Shown here: positions 7,969 through 18,204 of the stretch, in pieces
Layout: every line of letters begins with the position of its first letter
Position numbering within the stretch: position 1 is the stretch's first letter
Origin: an uncultured Pelagibacteraceae bacterium
GTDB taxonomy: Bacteria > Pseudomonadota > Alphaproteobacteria > Pelagibacterales > Pelagibacteraceae
Direction of reading: 5' to 3'
Length of the DNA stretch: 64,000 bases
NCBI GenBank assembly: GCA_902578325.1
Contig: CACHCM010000001.1
Span: 19,439-83,438, forward strand
Notes under the pieces: generated by a model
Seen by the model: only the letters and a program-made list of their open reading frames with translations
What the model was told of the DNA's origin: nothing
The model's database searches: none
Program-made: the position numbers and the translations under genes

Positions 7969-10157
7969 TTGTAAACGAACAAGTAGCAGTTGATCATGGT
8001 TTAAGGAAAGATGAATACGCTAAAATTTGTGAGCTATTAAAGAGAATTCCCAATATCACAGAGCTAGGTATTTTTTCCGCAATGTGGAATGAACATTGTT
8101 CTTATAAATCATCAAGATTACACCTAAAAAAACTACCTACTAAAGGAAAGAAAGTTATTCAAGGTCCTGGAGAAAACGCTGGTGTTATCGATATTGAGGA
8201 TAATGATGCGATAGTTTTTAAAATAGAAAGTCACAATCACCCATCATTTATTGAACCTTATCAAGGTGCTGCTACCGGTGTTGGAGGAATAATGAGAGAT
8301 GTATTTACAATGGGCGCAAGACCAATAGCTAACCTGAACTCCATTCATTTTGGGTCACCACAAAATAAAAAAACAAAAAATTTATTAAGAGGTGTTGTTC
8401 ATGGCATAGGTGGTTATGGAAACTGCATAGGTGTTCCAACAATCGCTGGCCAAACAAGCTTTGATAGCTCGTATAACGGAAATATTTTGGTTAACGCTAT
8501 GACATTGGGATTAGTCAAAAAAGATAAGATTTTTTATTCTAAAGCTGCTGGTTTAAATAAACCTGTCATTTATGTGGGGTCTAAAACAGGAAGAGATGGA
8601 ATTCATGGAGCAAGTATGGCTTCAGCTAGTTTTGATGAAAAAATTGAGGAAAAAAAGCCAACAGTTCAAGTTGGAGATCCTTTTACTGAAAAACTTTTAC
8701 TAGAAGCTTGTCTAGAGTTAATGGCAGGAGACTCAATTATAGCCATTCAAGATATGGGTGCTGCAGGATTAACTTCTTCAAGTATTGAAATGGCTTCAAA
8801 AGGAAACCTTGGAATTGAAATAAATTTAAATAAAGTACCATGCAGAGAAACCAAAATGACACCATACGAAATTATGCTCTCTGAAAGCCAAGAAAGAATG
8901 TTGATTGTTTTAGAAAATGGTAAAGAGGAACAAGCAAAAAAAATATTTGATAAATGGAATTTAGATTTTGCAGTAATTGGAAAAACGACTAAGTCAAAAA
9001 AAATAGAACTTTATTTTGATGAGGAAAAAGTTGCAGACATACCTGTTAATACATTGGTTGAAAACTCTCCAATGTATGACCGAAAATGGAAAAAAGCAAA
9101 GTTACCTAAAAAAAATAAAATTAAAAAAGAAGACATTAAACATTTAAAAATTATTGATGTATTAAAAAAAGTTTTAGCTAATCCAAACGTTTGCAGCAAA
9201 GAATGGATTTGGCAACAATATGATCATACTGTAATGGGAGACACTATACAGAAGCCAGGTGGAGACGCAGGGGTTGTGAGAGTTCATGGTTCAGATAAAG
9301 CTGTTGCTGCTTCGGTAGATTCTTCTGCAGTTTATTGTTGGGCTCACCCTTTAACTGGTGGAAAGCAAGTGGTTTGTGAAAGTTTTAGAAATCTTATATC
9401 TGTTGGCGCAAAACCTATTGCTATAACGAATTGTTTAAATTTTGGTAGTCCTGAAAATGAAGAAAATATGGGTGAGTTTGTTGAATGTGTTCAAGGTATT
9501 GGTGAAGCTAGCGAATATTTAAAATTCCCAGTAGTTTCTGGAAATGTATCTTTCTACAACCAAACAAAAGATCAAGGTATAAAACCCACGCCTGCAATTG
9601 GTGGGGTTGGGCTAATCAAAGATTATAAAAATATGATTACTATGGATTTTAAAGAAGTTGATAATTTAGTTTTAGTAATTGGAAAAACTGAGGGACACAT
9701 TGATCAAAGTTTATTTGCAAGAAATATTTTAGATGAAAAAAATGGACCTCCACCCGAAGTAAATCTATTTAATGAAAAAAATAATGGTGAAACATTACTG
9801 AAATTGATTGATAATAATTTAATAAAAAGTGCACATGATGTTTCCTTAGGTGGCATAATTACAGCAGTAGCGAAAATGTGTATTAAAGGAAAAAAAGGAA
9901 TAAATATTAAAAAACCTAAATATTTAATTAACGAAATAGAATACTTGTTTGCTGAAGATCAAGGAAGATATATTATAGAAATAAACAAAAAAGATTTTAA
10001 AAAAGTAGCTGATATATTGCATAAAAATGCAGTCCATTTTGATGAACTTGGTACAATTAATGAAAATGAACTATATATTAATGATAAGACAAAAGTTATA
10101 ATTGACGAATTATCAACTTCTAATAAAAGTTGGCTTACAAACTATATGAGTAAATAA
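7965..10157 (+). CDS. purL: FGAM synthase subunit PurL (small type)
   Basis: MWNEHCSYK, ESHNHPS, QDMGAAG, SESQERM, SGNVS. Confidence 0.97.
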   Translation: MIVNEQVAVDHGLRKDEYAKICELLKRIPNITELGIFSAMWNEHCSYKSSRLHLKKLPTKGKKVIQGPGENAGVIDIEDNDAIVFKIESHNHPSFIEPYQGAATGVGGIMRDVFTMGARPIANLNSIHFGSPQNKKTKNLLRGVVHGIGGYGNCIGVPTIAGQTSFDSSYNGNILVNAMTLGLVKKDKIFYSKAAGLNKPVIYVGSKTGRDGIHGASMASASFDEKIEEKKPTVQVGDPFTEKLLLEACLELMAGDSIIAIQDMGAAGLTSSSIEMASKGNLGIEINLNKVPCRETKMTPYEIMLSESQERMLIVLENGKEEQAKKIFDKWNLDFAVIGKTTKSKKIELYFDEEKVADIPVNTLVENSPMYDRKWKKAKLPKKNKIKKEDIKHLKIIDVLKKVLANPNVCSKEWIWQQYDHTVMGDTIQKPGGDAGVVRVHGSDKAVAASVDSSAVYCWAHPLTGGKQVVCESFRNLISVGAKPIAITNCLNFGSPENEENMGEFVECVQGIGEASEYLKFPVVSGNVSFYNQTKDQGIKPTPAIGGVGLIKDYKNMITMDFKEVDNLVLVIGKTEGHIDQSLFARNILDEKNGPPPEVNLFNEKNNGETLLKLIDNNLIKSAHDVSLGGIITAVAKMCIKGKKGINIKKPKYLINEIEYLFAEDQGRYIIEINKKDFKKVADILHKNAVHFDELGTINENELYINDKTKVIIDELSTSNKSWLTNYMSK

Positions 10158-10387
10158 TGGCGATGGATTTAAAAGAAATTGAGAATTTTATAAAAGAGGC
10201 AATGCCAGATGCAATTGTTGAAATACAAGATTTGGCAGGTGATGGAAATCATTATTCAGCTACCGTAACCTCGCCTCAATTTTCTGGAAAAAGTAAAATT
10301 GAGCAACATAAAATGGTTTACAACTCATTAAAAGGTAGAATGGGCAATGAACTACATGCATTAGCAATTAAAACAAAGGAGAGTTAA
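10157..10387 (+). CDS. bolA: BolA family protein
   Basis: GDGNHY, QHKMVY, LHAL; next to grxD. Confidence 0.92.
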   Translation: MAMDLKEIENFIKEAMPDAIVEIQDLAGDGNHYSATVTSPQFSGKSKIEQHKMVYNSLKGRMGNELHALAIKTKES

Positions 10388-10388
10388 A

Positions 10389-10727
10389 ATGGATCAACAA
10401 ACAAATGATTTAATAAAAAATGAAATTGAAAATAACGAAGTATGTTTGTTTATGAAAGGCACACCTGATGCTCCTCAATGTGGATTTTCAATGGCTACTT
10501 CAAATATTTTAAAAATACTAGAAGTAAATTTTAAAGGTATAAATGTTTTAGAAAATCAAAATTTAAGAGAGGGTATTAAAGTTTTTAGTGATTGGCCAAC
10601 CATCCCACAACTTTATGTTAAAAATGAATTTATAGGTGGATGTGACATTGTTAAAGAAATGTACGAAAGTGGTGAACTTGCAAAACTTTTTGAAAGCAAA
10701 AATATAAATTTTAAGACAAAAAGTTAA
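10389..10727 (+). CDS. grxD: Monothiol glutaredoxin Grx4
   Basis: MKG, PQCGFS, WPTIPQL, GGCD. Confidence 0.96.
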   Translation: MDQQTNDLIKNEIENNEVCLFMKGTPDAPQCGFSMATSNILKILEVNFKGINVLENQNLREGIKVFSDWPTIPQLYVKNEFIGGCDIVKEMYESGELAKLFESKNINFKTKS

Positions 10728-11345
10728 TTATCTAGAATAATATTCAATAACTAGATTAGGCTCCATGACAATTGGAAATGGAACTTCCTCAAATTTTGGA
10801 ACTCTAACAAACTTTAGCTTTTTATTTTTTTCATCCATCTGAATATATTCTGGAGTTTCTCTTTCTTTATTTGCTAGGGCAATATCAATTATTGCAAGTT
10901 GTTTAGATTTATCTCTTATCTCAATCGAATCTTCCTCTCTAACTAAATAGCTTCCAATATTCACTTTCTTACCATTTACTTTTACATGGCCATGATTGAT
11001 TAATTGTCTAGCTGAAAAAATTGTTGTTGCAAACTTAGCTCTATAGATCACAGCATCTAATCTTCTTTCAAGAAGGCCAATTAGGTTTTCACCAGTATCT
11101 CCTTTGAGCATTGCTGCTTTTTTGTAAATATTTCTAAATTGTCTCTCGTTAATGTTGCCATAATAGGCCTTTAATTTTTGTTTAGCCTGAAGCTGTATTC
11201 CGTAATCAGATGGCTTTGATGTTTTTGTTTGACCATGTTGTCCTGGTCCATAAGCTCTAGTATTAAAAGGACTTTTAGGTCTTCCCCAAAGGTTAACTTT
11301 TAATCTTCTGTCTACTTTATGTTTAGAGTTTAATCTTTTTGTCAT
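10728..11345 (-). CDS. rpsD: 30S ribosomal protein S4
   Basis: [27 protein letters not shown]. Confidence 0.98.
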   Translation of the reverse strand: MTKRLNSKHKVDRRLKVNLWGRPKSPFNTRAYGPGQHGQTKTSKPSDYGIQLQAKQKLKAYYGNINERQFRNIYKKAAMLKGDTGENLIGLLERRLDAVIYRAKFATTIFSARQLINHGHVKVNGKKVNIGSYLVREEDSIEIRDKSKQLAIIDIALANKERETPEYIQMDEKNKKLKFVRVPKFEEVPFPIVMEPNLVIEYYSR

Positions 11346-11355
11346 TTAATAGTGG

Positions 11356-11385
11356 GCTTTATAAACTTACTCATCATTTTGTCAA
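11356..11385 (-). promoter_or_regulatory. Putative sigma70 promoter of rpsD
   Basis: TTGACA (11385-11380) followed by TATAAA at 16 nt or TAAAGC at 18 nt. Confidence 0.5.
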
Positions 11386-12099
11386 TCAACGTTTTTTACC
11401 TAAACTGGCAAATACCCCTGATAAAATACGTGTTTCTTTAGTTGACAACTCCATCCTATAAAAAATATTCCTCAAGTTTTCAAGCATTATCGGTTTCTTC
11501 TCTTTTGATTTAAAGAAATTAATCTCTTCAAGATTCTTTATACAAAGATTTGCCATAGCAACTATCTCTTTTTTAGATGCTGATTTAACTTTATTTGATT
11601 TCTTAAAAGAAGATGCTTTTGAATTAATTATGCTTGATACATATTGTGCAATTACTATTAAGCTGTGAGATAGATTTAATGATTTAAAATCAGGATTAGT
11701 TGGAATTTGAAGAGTATAATTTGCATAGCTTATTTCATTATTTGACAAACCAGATGCTTCTGAACCAAATAAAAAAGCTATTTTCTTTTTATAATTTATT
11801 TTTTTTAAATCTTCTATTTGGATATGTTTAATATTTTTATTTCTAAATCGTGCTGATGTTGCAATTACAATATCAATATTTTTTAAAGATTTTTCTAAAT
11901 TTTCAAAATTTTTTGCCTTATTGATTATATCTTTTGCTCCTACTGACGTTGCTAAAATTTTATCATTTGGAAATATTGGTTTTGGATCAATAACAATAAG
12001 TTTATTAAAATTAAAATTTTTCATACCTCTCGCACAAGCTCCTATATTTTCTGAGAGTTGAGGTTTGTGTAAAATGAAAAAAATATTATTAACAGACAT
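11386..12099 (-). CDS. trmJ: tRNA 2'-O-methyltransferase, TrmJ/SPOUT family
   Basis: ENIGACARGMKNF, FGSEASGLSN, SLNLSH. Confidence 0.85.
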   Translation of the reverse strand: MSVNNIFFILHKPQLSENIGACARGMKNFNFNKLIVIDPKPIFPNDKILATSVGAKDIINKAKNFENLEKSLKNIDIVIATSARFRNKNIKHIQIEDLKKINYKKKIAFLFGSEASGLSNNEISYANYTLQIPTNPDFKSLNLSHSLIVIAQYVSSIINSKASSFKKSNKVKSASKKEIVAMANLCIKNLEEINFFKSKEKKPIMLENLRNIFYRMELSTKETRILSGVFASLGKKR

Positions 12100-12962
12100 T
12101 AATCTATGCCATGATTTCTGTTATAACTAGAAATGACTGATGGTTTGATATCATTTAAATATTTAGGATCTACTGTCCAAATAGAAATTTTTAATGGATA
12201 GCATTTTGCTACATCAGATGAATGTTCAGATCCACAATCACCTCCTGGACAAGCAGAAAGAGCACCTAATAAATCTGTTTCAGCAAAAAACTCTAAATAA
12301 TCACCAGGTCTTGCAGGACTTGCTTTCATAAAATATTGTTTAGTATCATTAGTAAATCCAGTTAACATAAAAACATTTAATACATCATGAACTATTTTTT
12401 CTGCATGGTCTAATTGAACATTCTTTTCTTTAACCAAAGCTCTTGTTAAATTTGAATGACAACAATAATGATAATCGTTATCGCTCAAAAGTTTTGATGT
12501 ATATGGATCACATCTTGTACCAATTACATCATGAACCGATCCTCCATCCTTATCATAATCATACCAATCTAAAGTATCCCAGGTAATTGTTGCTAGTGAT
12601 CTAAGATAGGGAAAACTGCTGAACATTTTATCACCTACTGAAAGATGTGTGCCATAAAGAGCTCTTGTTTTTCCTGAATAAAATTTTTCTTCTAAATTAT
12701 TTAAATTAAATAAATTTAAATCTCCTACCTGGGGCCCTTCTACACTTTCAATTCTAAAAAACTCTCCATATTTAACTTCAAATGTTTTTGCATCTCTTGG
12801 AGGAATAATAATTTCTTCTTTTTTAACCAGATGTTCTCTGGCAGAATGTAAAACACTTAAATTTTTTTCTTCAATATTGGTATTTGGATAACAAACTATT
12901 GGTTTTGCCCCTATTCTACTTTTAAGATCGGATGGTATTTCTGAAAATTTTTTAATTTTCAT
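12099..12962 (-). CDS. DUF1989 (urea carboxylase-associated family) protein
   Basis: GPQVGDLN, HDVIGTRCDPY, CCHSNL, LNVFM, SACPGGDC. Confidence 0.85.
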   Translation of the reverse strand: MKIKKFSEIPSDLKSRIGAKPIVCYPNTNIEEKNLSVLHSAREHLVKKEEIIIPPRDAKTFEVKYGEFFRIESVEGPQVGDLNLFNLNNLEEKFYSGKTRALYGTHLSVGDKMFSSFPYLRSLATITWDTLDWYDYDKDGGSVHDVIGTRCDPYTSKLLSDNDYHYCCHSNLTRALVKEKNVQLDHAEKIVHDVLNVFMLTGFTNDTKQYFMKASPARPGDYLEFFAETDLLGALSACPGGDCGSEHSSDVAKCYPLKISIWTVDPKYLNDIKPSVISSYNRNHGID

Positions 12963-12964
12963 TC

Positions 12965-14566
12965 TTATAAACTTCCAGGGGCTTTATCCTTAAATAACTT
13001 ATAATCCAGACTATCTACTAAAGCTTTGAAAGATGCATCAATGATATTTGGTGATACTCCAATAGTAAACCAGTTAACACCTTTCGAATCAGTACTTTCA
13101 ATACTAACTCTTGTTACAGCTTCTGTACCGGTATTTAAAATTCTAACTTTGTAATCAACAAGTCTTAAATCTTTTAAATATTCTGAATATTTAGCAAGCT
13201 TATTAACATTCTTTCTAATTGCATTATCCAGAGCATTGACAGGTCCATTCCCTTGTCCCTCACACAAAATTTTGTCTCCATCTACTTCTAACTGAGCTTT
13301 TGCATATGAAACTATTTCTCCAGCATTATCTTTCTTTACCGAAACATCATATTCATTAATAGAAATATATCTTGGTATCTCGCCCATTAATCTTCGAGCC
13401 AACAACTCAAAGGATGCGTCGGCACCATCATAACTATAACCAATAAATTCTCGATCTTTAACTTCATCTAAAAGTTTTTTAATTTTTGGATTGCTTTTCT
13501 CGACTTTAATTCCTATTGAATTCAATCTCGACATTATATTGGATTGTCCTGATTGGTCTGAAATTACAATATTTCTAGAGTTTCCAACTTCCTCTGGATT
13601 TATGTGCTCATAGGTTTTAGGATTTTTTTGAACAGCTGACACATGCATTCCACCCTTGTGAGAAAAAGCAGAAGCTCCAACATAAGGTAAATGTTTATTG
13701 GGTTTTCTATTTAATATCTCATCTAATAATCTTGAGCATTGAGTTAAGTTTTTTAAATTTTCTCTTTTAATACTTAATTCAAACTTTTCTGAAAAATCTT
13801 TCTTTAAAAAAAATGATGGAATTAATGACATTAAATTAGCATTTCCACATCTTTCTCCCAAACCATTGATTGTGCCCTGGACTTGTCTAACACCTGCTTG
13901 AACTGCTGCAAGACTATTAGCTACAGCATTTTCGGTATCATTATGAGCGTGTATTCCTAAATTTTTTCCGGGAATTTGCTTGCTTACTTTATATACAATT
14001 TCTGTTATCTCGTGTGGAAGTGTACCGCCGTTAGTGTCACATAAAATAATCCATCTAGCACCATTATCAAAAGCAGCTTTTAAACATGACATTGCATATC
14101 CTGGATTAGCTTTGTATCCATCAAAAAAATGTTCAGCATCAAACATGAACTCTTTGCCAGATTTAACAATATGTTTTGTACTTTCAATTATATTCATTAA
14201 ATTTTGCTCATTACTTATTCCTAATGCGACATCCACTTGAAAATCCCATGATTTTCCAAACAAGCAAACAGAAGTGCTTTTTGAATTAATTAATGATGAG
14301 AGCATAGGGTCATTTTCTGCGCTGTGTTCTGATTTTTTAGTCATTCCAAATGCAGTTAATTTTGTTTTTTTAAAGTTATGATCCTTATTGAAAAACTCAG
14401 TATCAGTTGGATTTGCACCTGGCCAACCTCCTTCAACATAATCCACACCCAATTTATCTAAAGCTGACGATATTTTTTCCTTATCATCAATTGAAAAATC
14501 TACACCTTGAGTTTGGGCACCATCACGTAATGTTGTATCAAATATATAAAGTTGTTCTTTGCTCAT
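12965..14566 (-). CDS. cimA: Citramalate synthase
   Basis: DTTLRDGAQ, EGGWPGANP, DAEHFFDG, HAHND, GERCGNAN, regulatory domain DYKVRIL. Confidence 0.92.
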   Translation of the reverse strand: MSKEQLYIFDTTLRDGAQTQGVDFSIDDKEKISSALDKLGVDYVEGGWPGANPTDTEFFNKDHNFKKTKLTAFGMTKKSEHSAENDPMLSSLINSKSTSVCLFGKSWDFQVDVALGISNEQNLMNIIESTKHIVKSGKEFMFDAEHFFDGYKANPGYAMSCLKAAFDNGARWIILCDTNGGTLPHEITEIVYKVSKQIPGKNLGIHAHNDTENAVANSLAAVQAGVRQVQGTINGLGERCGNANLMSLIPSFFLKKDFSEKFELSIKRENLKNLTQCSRLLDEILNRKPNKHLPYVGASAFSHKGGMHVSAVQKNPKTYEHINPEEVGNSRNIVISDQSGQSNIMSRLNSIGIKVEKSNPKIKKLLDEVKDREFIGYSYDGADASFELLARRLMGEIPRYISINEYDVSVKKDNAGEIVSYAKAQLEVDGDKILCEGQGNGPVNALDNAIRKNVNKLAKYSEYLKDLRLVDYKVRILNTGTEAVTRVSIESTDSKGVNWFTIGVSPNIIDASFKALVDSLDYKLFKDKAPGSL

Positions 14567-15918
14567 TTAAATTTCCAAACCGTTTTACCATCTTTATCTT
14601 CTATTAAAACACCTTTGTCTAATAGCTCATCTCTTATTTTGTCAGCTTCCTTATAATTTTTATTCACTCTAGCTTCATTTCTCTGATTAATTTTAATTAA
14701 AATTTCATTTTCAGAAATTGATAACTTGCTTTTCTTAAATTTAAGCCAATCCTCTTTAGTTTCATTTAATAATCCAATAAAATGGCAGGCAGAAATAAAT
14801 AATATTTTATCTTGATCAGAACCCTTCGCTGCTTTCTCATATAGTTTATGTAAATTAGCAATATAACCTGGTGTATTTAAATCATCGAGAAGAGGTTTAA
14901 GAATTTCATCTGAGATTTTTAATTTTGTTTTTATGTTTAAATAAACATTATACCATTTACTAATTGTATTTTCACAGTCCTCTAAAAGCTTATCACTCCA
15001 ATCAAGTGGCTGTCGATAATGTGCACTCATCAAAGCCATTCTTAAAACTTGACCACTTTTACTATTTCTAAAATCTTTAATTTTTAAAATATTACCCTGT
15101 GATTTTGCCATTTTTTCATTAGACATTGTGATAAATGCATTATGTAACCAATAATTAGCAAACACTTTACTATCATTTGCACATCTTGATTGAGCTATTT
15201 CATTTTCATGATGTGGAAATAACAAATCAACACCTCCTCCATGAACATCAAATTCATTTCCTAAATATTTTTTAGACATTGCCGAACATTCTAAATGCCA
15301 ACCAGGTCTACCTTCTCCCCAAGGTGAGACCCATGAAGGCTCATCGATTTCTGATGGTTTCCACAAAACAAAATCTTCAGGATTTTTTTTATTATCACTT
15401 ACTTCAATTCTTGATCCTGCAACTAATTCATCTAATTTTTTGTTTGATAACTGCCCATAGTCTTTAAATTTTTTTACTTCAAAATAAACATGCTTATTAT
15501 TTTCGTAAGCAAATCCTTTTTTTATTAATTCAGAGATCATTTCTATCATTTCAGAAATATGCTCAGTTGCTTTTGGCTCATGGTTTGGTTTTTCACAATT
15601 TAGATAAATACAATCTTCATTAAAACTTTGAGTAATTTTTTTAGTAAGCTCTGAAATTGAAATATTATTTTCCTTTGAAGATTTTATTATTTTATCATCT
15701 ACATCCGTAATATTTCTTACATAGGTTACATTTGGATATTTATTTTTTAAAATTTTAAAAAGAATGTCAAATACAACTACTGGTCTAGCATTACCAATAT
15801 GAGGATCATCATAAACAGTTGGACCGCAAACATACATTCTCACATTATTTTTATCTTTGGGAATAAATTTTTCTTTTTTGTTAGTAAGATTATTTGTTAA
15901 AAAAATATCTAAACTCAT
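14563..15918 (-). CDS. cysS: Cysteine-tRNA ligase
   Basis: CGPTVY, HIGN, GRPGWHLECS, KMAKS. Confidence 0.97.
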   Translation of the reverse strand: MSLDIFLTNNLTNKKEKFIPKDKNNVRMYVCGPTVYDDPHIGNARPVVVFDILFKILKNKYPNVTYVRNITDVDDKIIKSSKENNISISELTKKITQSFNEDCIYLNCEKPNHEPKATEHISEMIEMISELIKKGFAYENNKHVYFEVKKFKDYGQLSNKKLDELVAGSRIEVSDNKKNPEDFVLWKPSEIDEPSWVSPWGEGRPGWHLECSAMSKKYLGNEFDVHGGGVDLLFPHHENEIAQSRCANDSKVFANYWLHNAFITMSNEKMAKSQGNILKIKDFRNSKSGQVLRMALMSAHYRQPLDWSDKLLEDCENTISKWYNVYLNIKTKLKISDEILKPLLDDLNTPGYIANLHKLYEKAAKGSDQDKILFISACHFIGLLNETKEDWLKFKKSKLSISENEILIKINQRNEARVNKNYKEADKIRDELLDKGVLIEDKDGKTVWKFK

Positions 15919-15963
15919 AGTTGAAGAAATATACTTAAATTATAGATTTGTGAATCTAATTGA

Positions 15964-16701
15964 TTAATTTGGAATTATGCATACAGGAATTGGCTCCATT
16001 TTATGCATATTTTGTTTTCTGATAATTTCGTATTTTGCACGATTCGGAGAATTTGGATTCTCCATTGCTTCTTCTAATTCATTATATTTTAAACCAAGTT
16101 GACCTTCATCAGTTCTACCGTCGTCCCATAAGCCATCAGTTGGAGGTGCATCGATAATCTCTTGTAAAATTCCTAGCTCTTTTCCTAATTCCCAGACATG
16201 TGTTTTGTTACAATCAGCTATTGGTGAAATATCTACTCCACCATCTCCATACTTCGTATAAAATCCAACACCAAAATCCTCAACTTTGTTTCCTGTTCCT
16301 ACAACAATTCCTTTATTCGCAGCTGCTACCTGATAAAGAGTGGTCATTCTTAGTCTAGCTCTTGAATTAGCCATACCATGTTCATTATCAAATTTTGATA
16401 AGCTTGCATTAAATGCTAAAAATAACTCGTCTAAATTAATTGTATGCGCTTCAACATTTTTGAAATTTTTTACTAACCATTCTTGATGCTTTATACTTAA
16501 ATCATGTTGATTTGGTTTCTGTTTGATTGGCATAGATAAAACAATAGTTTTTATTCCAGTCATGGCACAAAGTGTACTCGATACTGATGAGTCAATTCCT
16601 CCAGAAATACCTATTACTAACGATCCTGCCTTTGTTGGCATATTATCTACATATTTTTTGATCCAATTAGAAATAAATTTAACTTTTTCTGTAGGTGTCA
16701 T
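15964..16701 (-). CDS. nadE: NH3-dependent NAD+ synthetase
   Basis: GISGGIDS, ARLRM, GTGN, TKYGDGG; no glutaminase domain. Confidence 0.95.
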   Translation of the reverse strand: MTPTEKVKFISNWIKKYVDNMPTKAGSLVIGISGGIDSSVSSTLCAMTGIKTIVLSMPIKQKPNQHDLSIKHQEWLVKNFKNVEAHTINLDELFLAFNASLSKFDNEHGMANSRARLRMTTLYQVAAANKGIVVGTGNKVEDFGVGFYTKYGDGGVDISPIADCNKTHVWELGKELGILQEIIDAPPTDGLWDDGRTDEGQLGLKYNELEEAMENPNSPNRAKYEIIRKQNMHKMEPIPVCIIPN

Positions 16702-16739
16702 AATTAGAAGCTATTTATTATTAATAATTTTACAATGTA

Positions 16740-18119
16740 TTAAGATGCCGCTCTGTCTGCATTTTTTGAATATGAGCTATTCTTTTTAATCTCATCTGAT
16801 ATTAAAAATGCTAATTCTAAAGCTTGATTTCCATTAAGTCTTGGATCACAGTGAGTGTGGTATCTAGAAGATAAATCTTTTTCAGATATTTTTTGAGCAC
16901 CTCCTATACATTCAGTTACATCTTGACCAGTTAATTCGATATGTAGACCGCCTGCATAACTTCCCTCACTTTGATGGCACGCAAAAACCTCTTTTACTTC
17001 TTTTAAAACACTATTGAATGGTCTTGTTTTGAACCCTGTTGCTGCTTTGATTGTATTACCATGACAAGGATCACACGACCAAATCACATTTAATCCCTCT
17101 CTTTTTATTGCTCTAATTAATCTTGGTAAAAATTTTGATACATTATCTGCTCCAAATCTTGATATTAAAGTAATTTTACCCTTTTCATTTTTTGGATTAA
17201 TTCTATTACAAAGATTAATTAAATCATCAGCCTTTAAGGTTGGTCCACATTTAATTCCAATTGGATTTTCTATACCTCTGCAAAATTCAACATGACCACC
17301 ATCTAATTGTCTAGTTCTATCTCCAATCCAAACAAAATGAGCTGAAGTATCATGATTTTCACCAGTGGTAGAATCTGTTCTGGTCATTGACTCCTCGAAA
17401 GGTAGTAGTAAAGCTTCATGTGATGTCCAAAAATTTACTGTATACAATCTATTATTAAAATCTGAAGTAATTCCACATGCTCTCATAAAAGCAATAGCAT
17501 CAGCAATTTTATCTTCAAGATCCTTGAATTTTTTAGCTTGTGGGCTTTGTTTAATGTAATCTAAATTCCATAAGTGGACTTTATTTAGATCTGCAAAACC
17601 TCCTTTTGAAAAAGCTCTAATAAGATTAAGAGTTGCTGCTGATTGAGAATAAGCTTTAAATAATCTTTTAGGATCTGGAACTCTTGCTTTTTCATTAAAT
17701 TCCATACCATTAATATTGTCACCTAAATAACTTGGAAGTTCTACTCCATCTTTTATTTCCGTAGGTGCACTTCTGGGTTTTGAAAATTGTCCTGCTATTC
17801 TTCCAACTTTTACTACTGGTAATGAAGCTGAGTAAGTTAAAACTAATGACATTTGCAACATTAGTTTGAATGTATCTCTTATATTATCTGGATTAAATTC
17901 TGCAAAACTTTCGGCACAATCTCCACCTTGAAGCAAAAAGGCTTTTCCATCTACAACATCTGCTAACTGACTTTTAAGATGTCTTGTTTCTCCAGCAAAT
18001 ACTAACGGTGGAAATGTTCCTATCTTATCCAAAACTTTATTCAGTTCTTTTTTATCTGGATATTCTGGAATGTGCTTAACAGGATATTTTCTCCAACTAT
18101 TTTTTTTCCAATTTTTCAT
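16740..18119 (-). CDS. DAHP synthase class II
   Basis: LQGGDCAESF, GRIAGQFSKPRS, WIGDRT, CDPCHGNT, HCDPRLN. Confidence 0.95.
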   Translation of the reverse strand: MKNWKKNSWRKYPVKHIPEYPDKKELNKVLDKIGTFPPLVFAGETRHLKSQLADVVDGKAFLLQGGDCAESFAEFNPDNIRDTFKLMLQMSLVLTYSASLPVVKVGRIAGQFSKPRSAPTEIKDGVELPSYLGDNINGMEFNEKARVPDPKRLFKAYSQSAATLNLIRAFSKGGFADLNKVHLWNLDYIKQSPQAKKFKDLEDKIADAIAFMRACGITSDFNNRLYTVNFWTSHEALLLPFEESMTRTDSTTGENHDTSAHFVWIGDRTRQLDGGHVEFCRGIENPIGIKCGPTLKADDLINLCNRINPKNEKGKITLISRFGADNVSKFLPRLIRAIKREGLNVIWSCDPCHGNTIKAATGFKTRPFNSVLKEVKEVFACHQSEGSYAGGLHIELTGQDVTECIGGAQKISEKDLSSRYHTHCDPRLNGNQALELAFLISDEIKKNSSYSKNADRAAS

Positions 18120-18204
18120 ATTCAACTCGAGATTGTTTTATCAGAGTTTTGGCTCAATTCAATCTTCAAAATGTGTCACATAACATTTGGAATGTAATAA
18201 AGAT

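Noticed and set aside
18166-18190. ATGTG-T-CACAT palindrome and imperfect inverted repeat upstream of the DAHP synthase gene
   Set aside because: Short and AT-rich; cannot be assigned to a regulator or distinguished from chance
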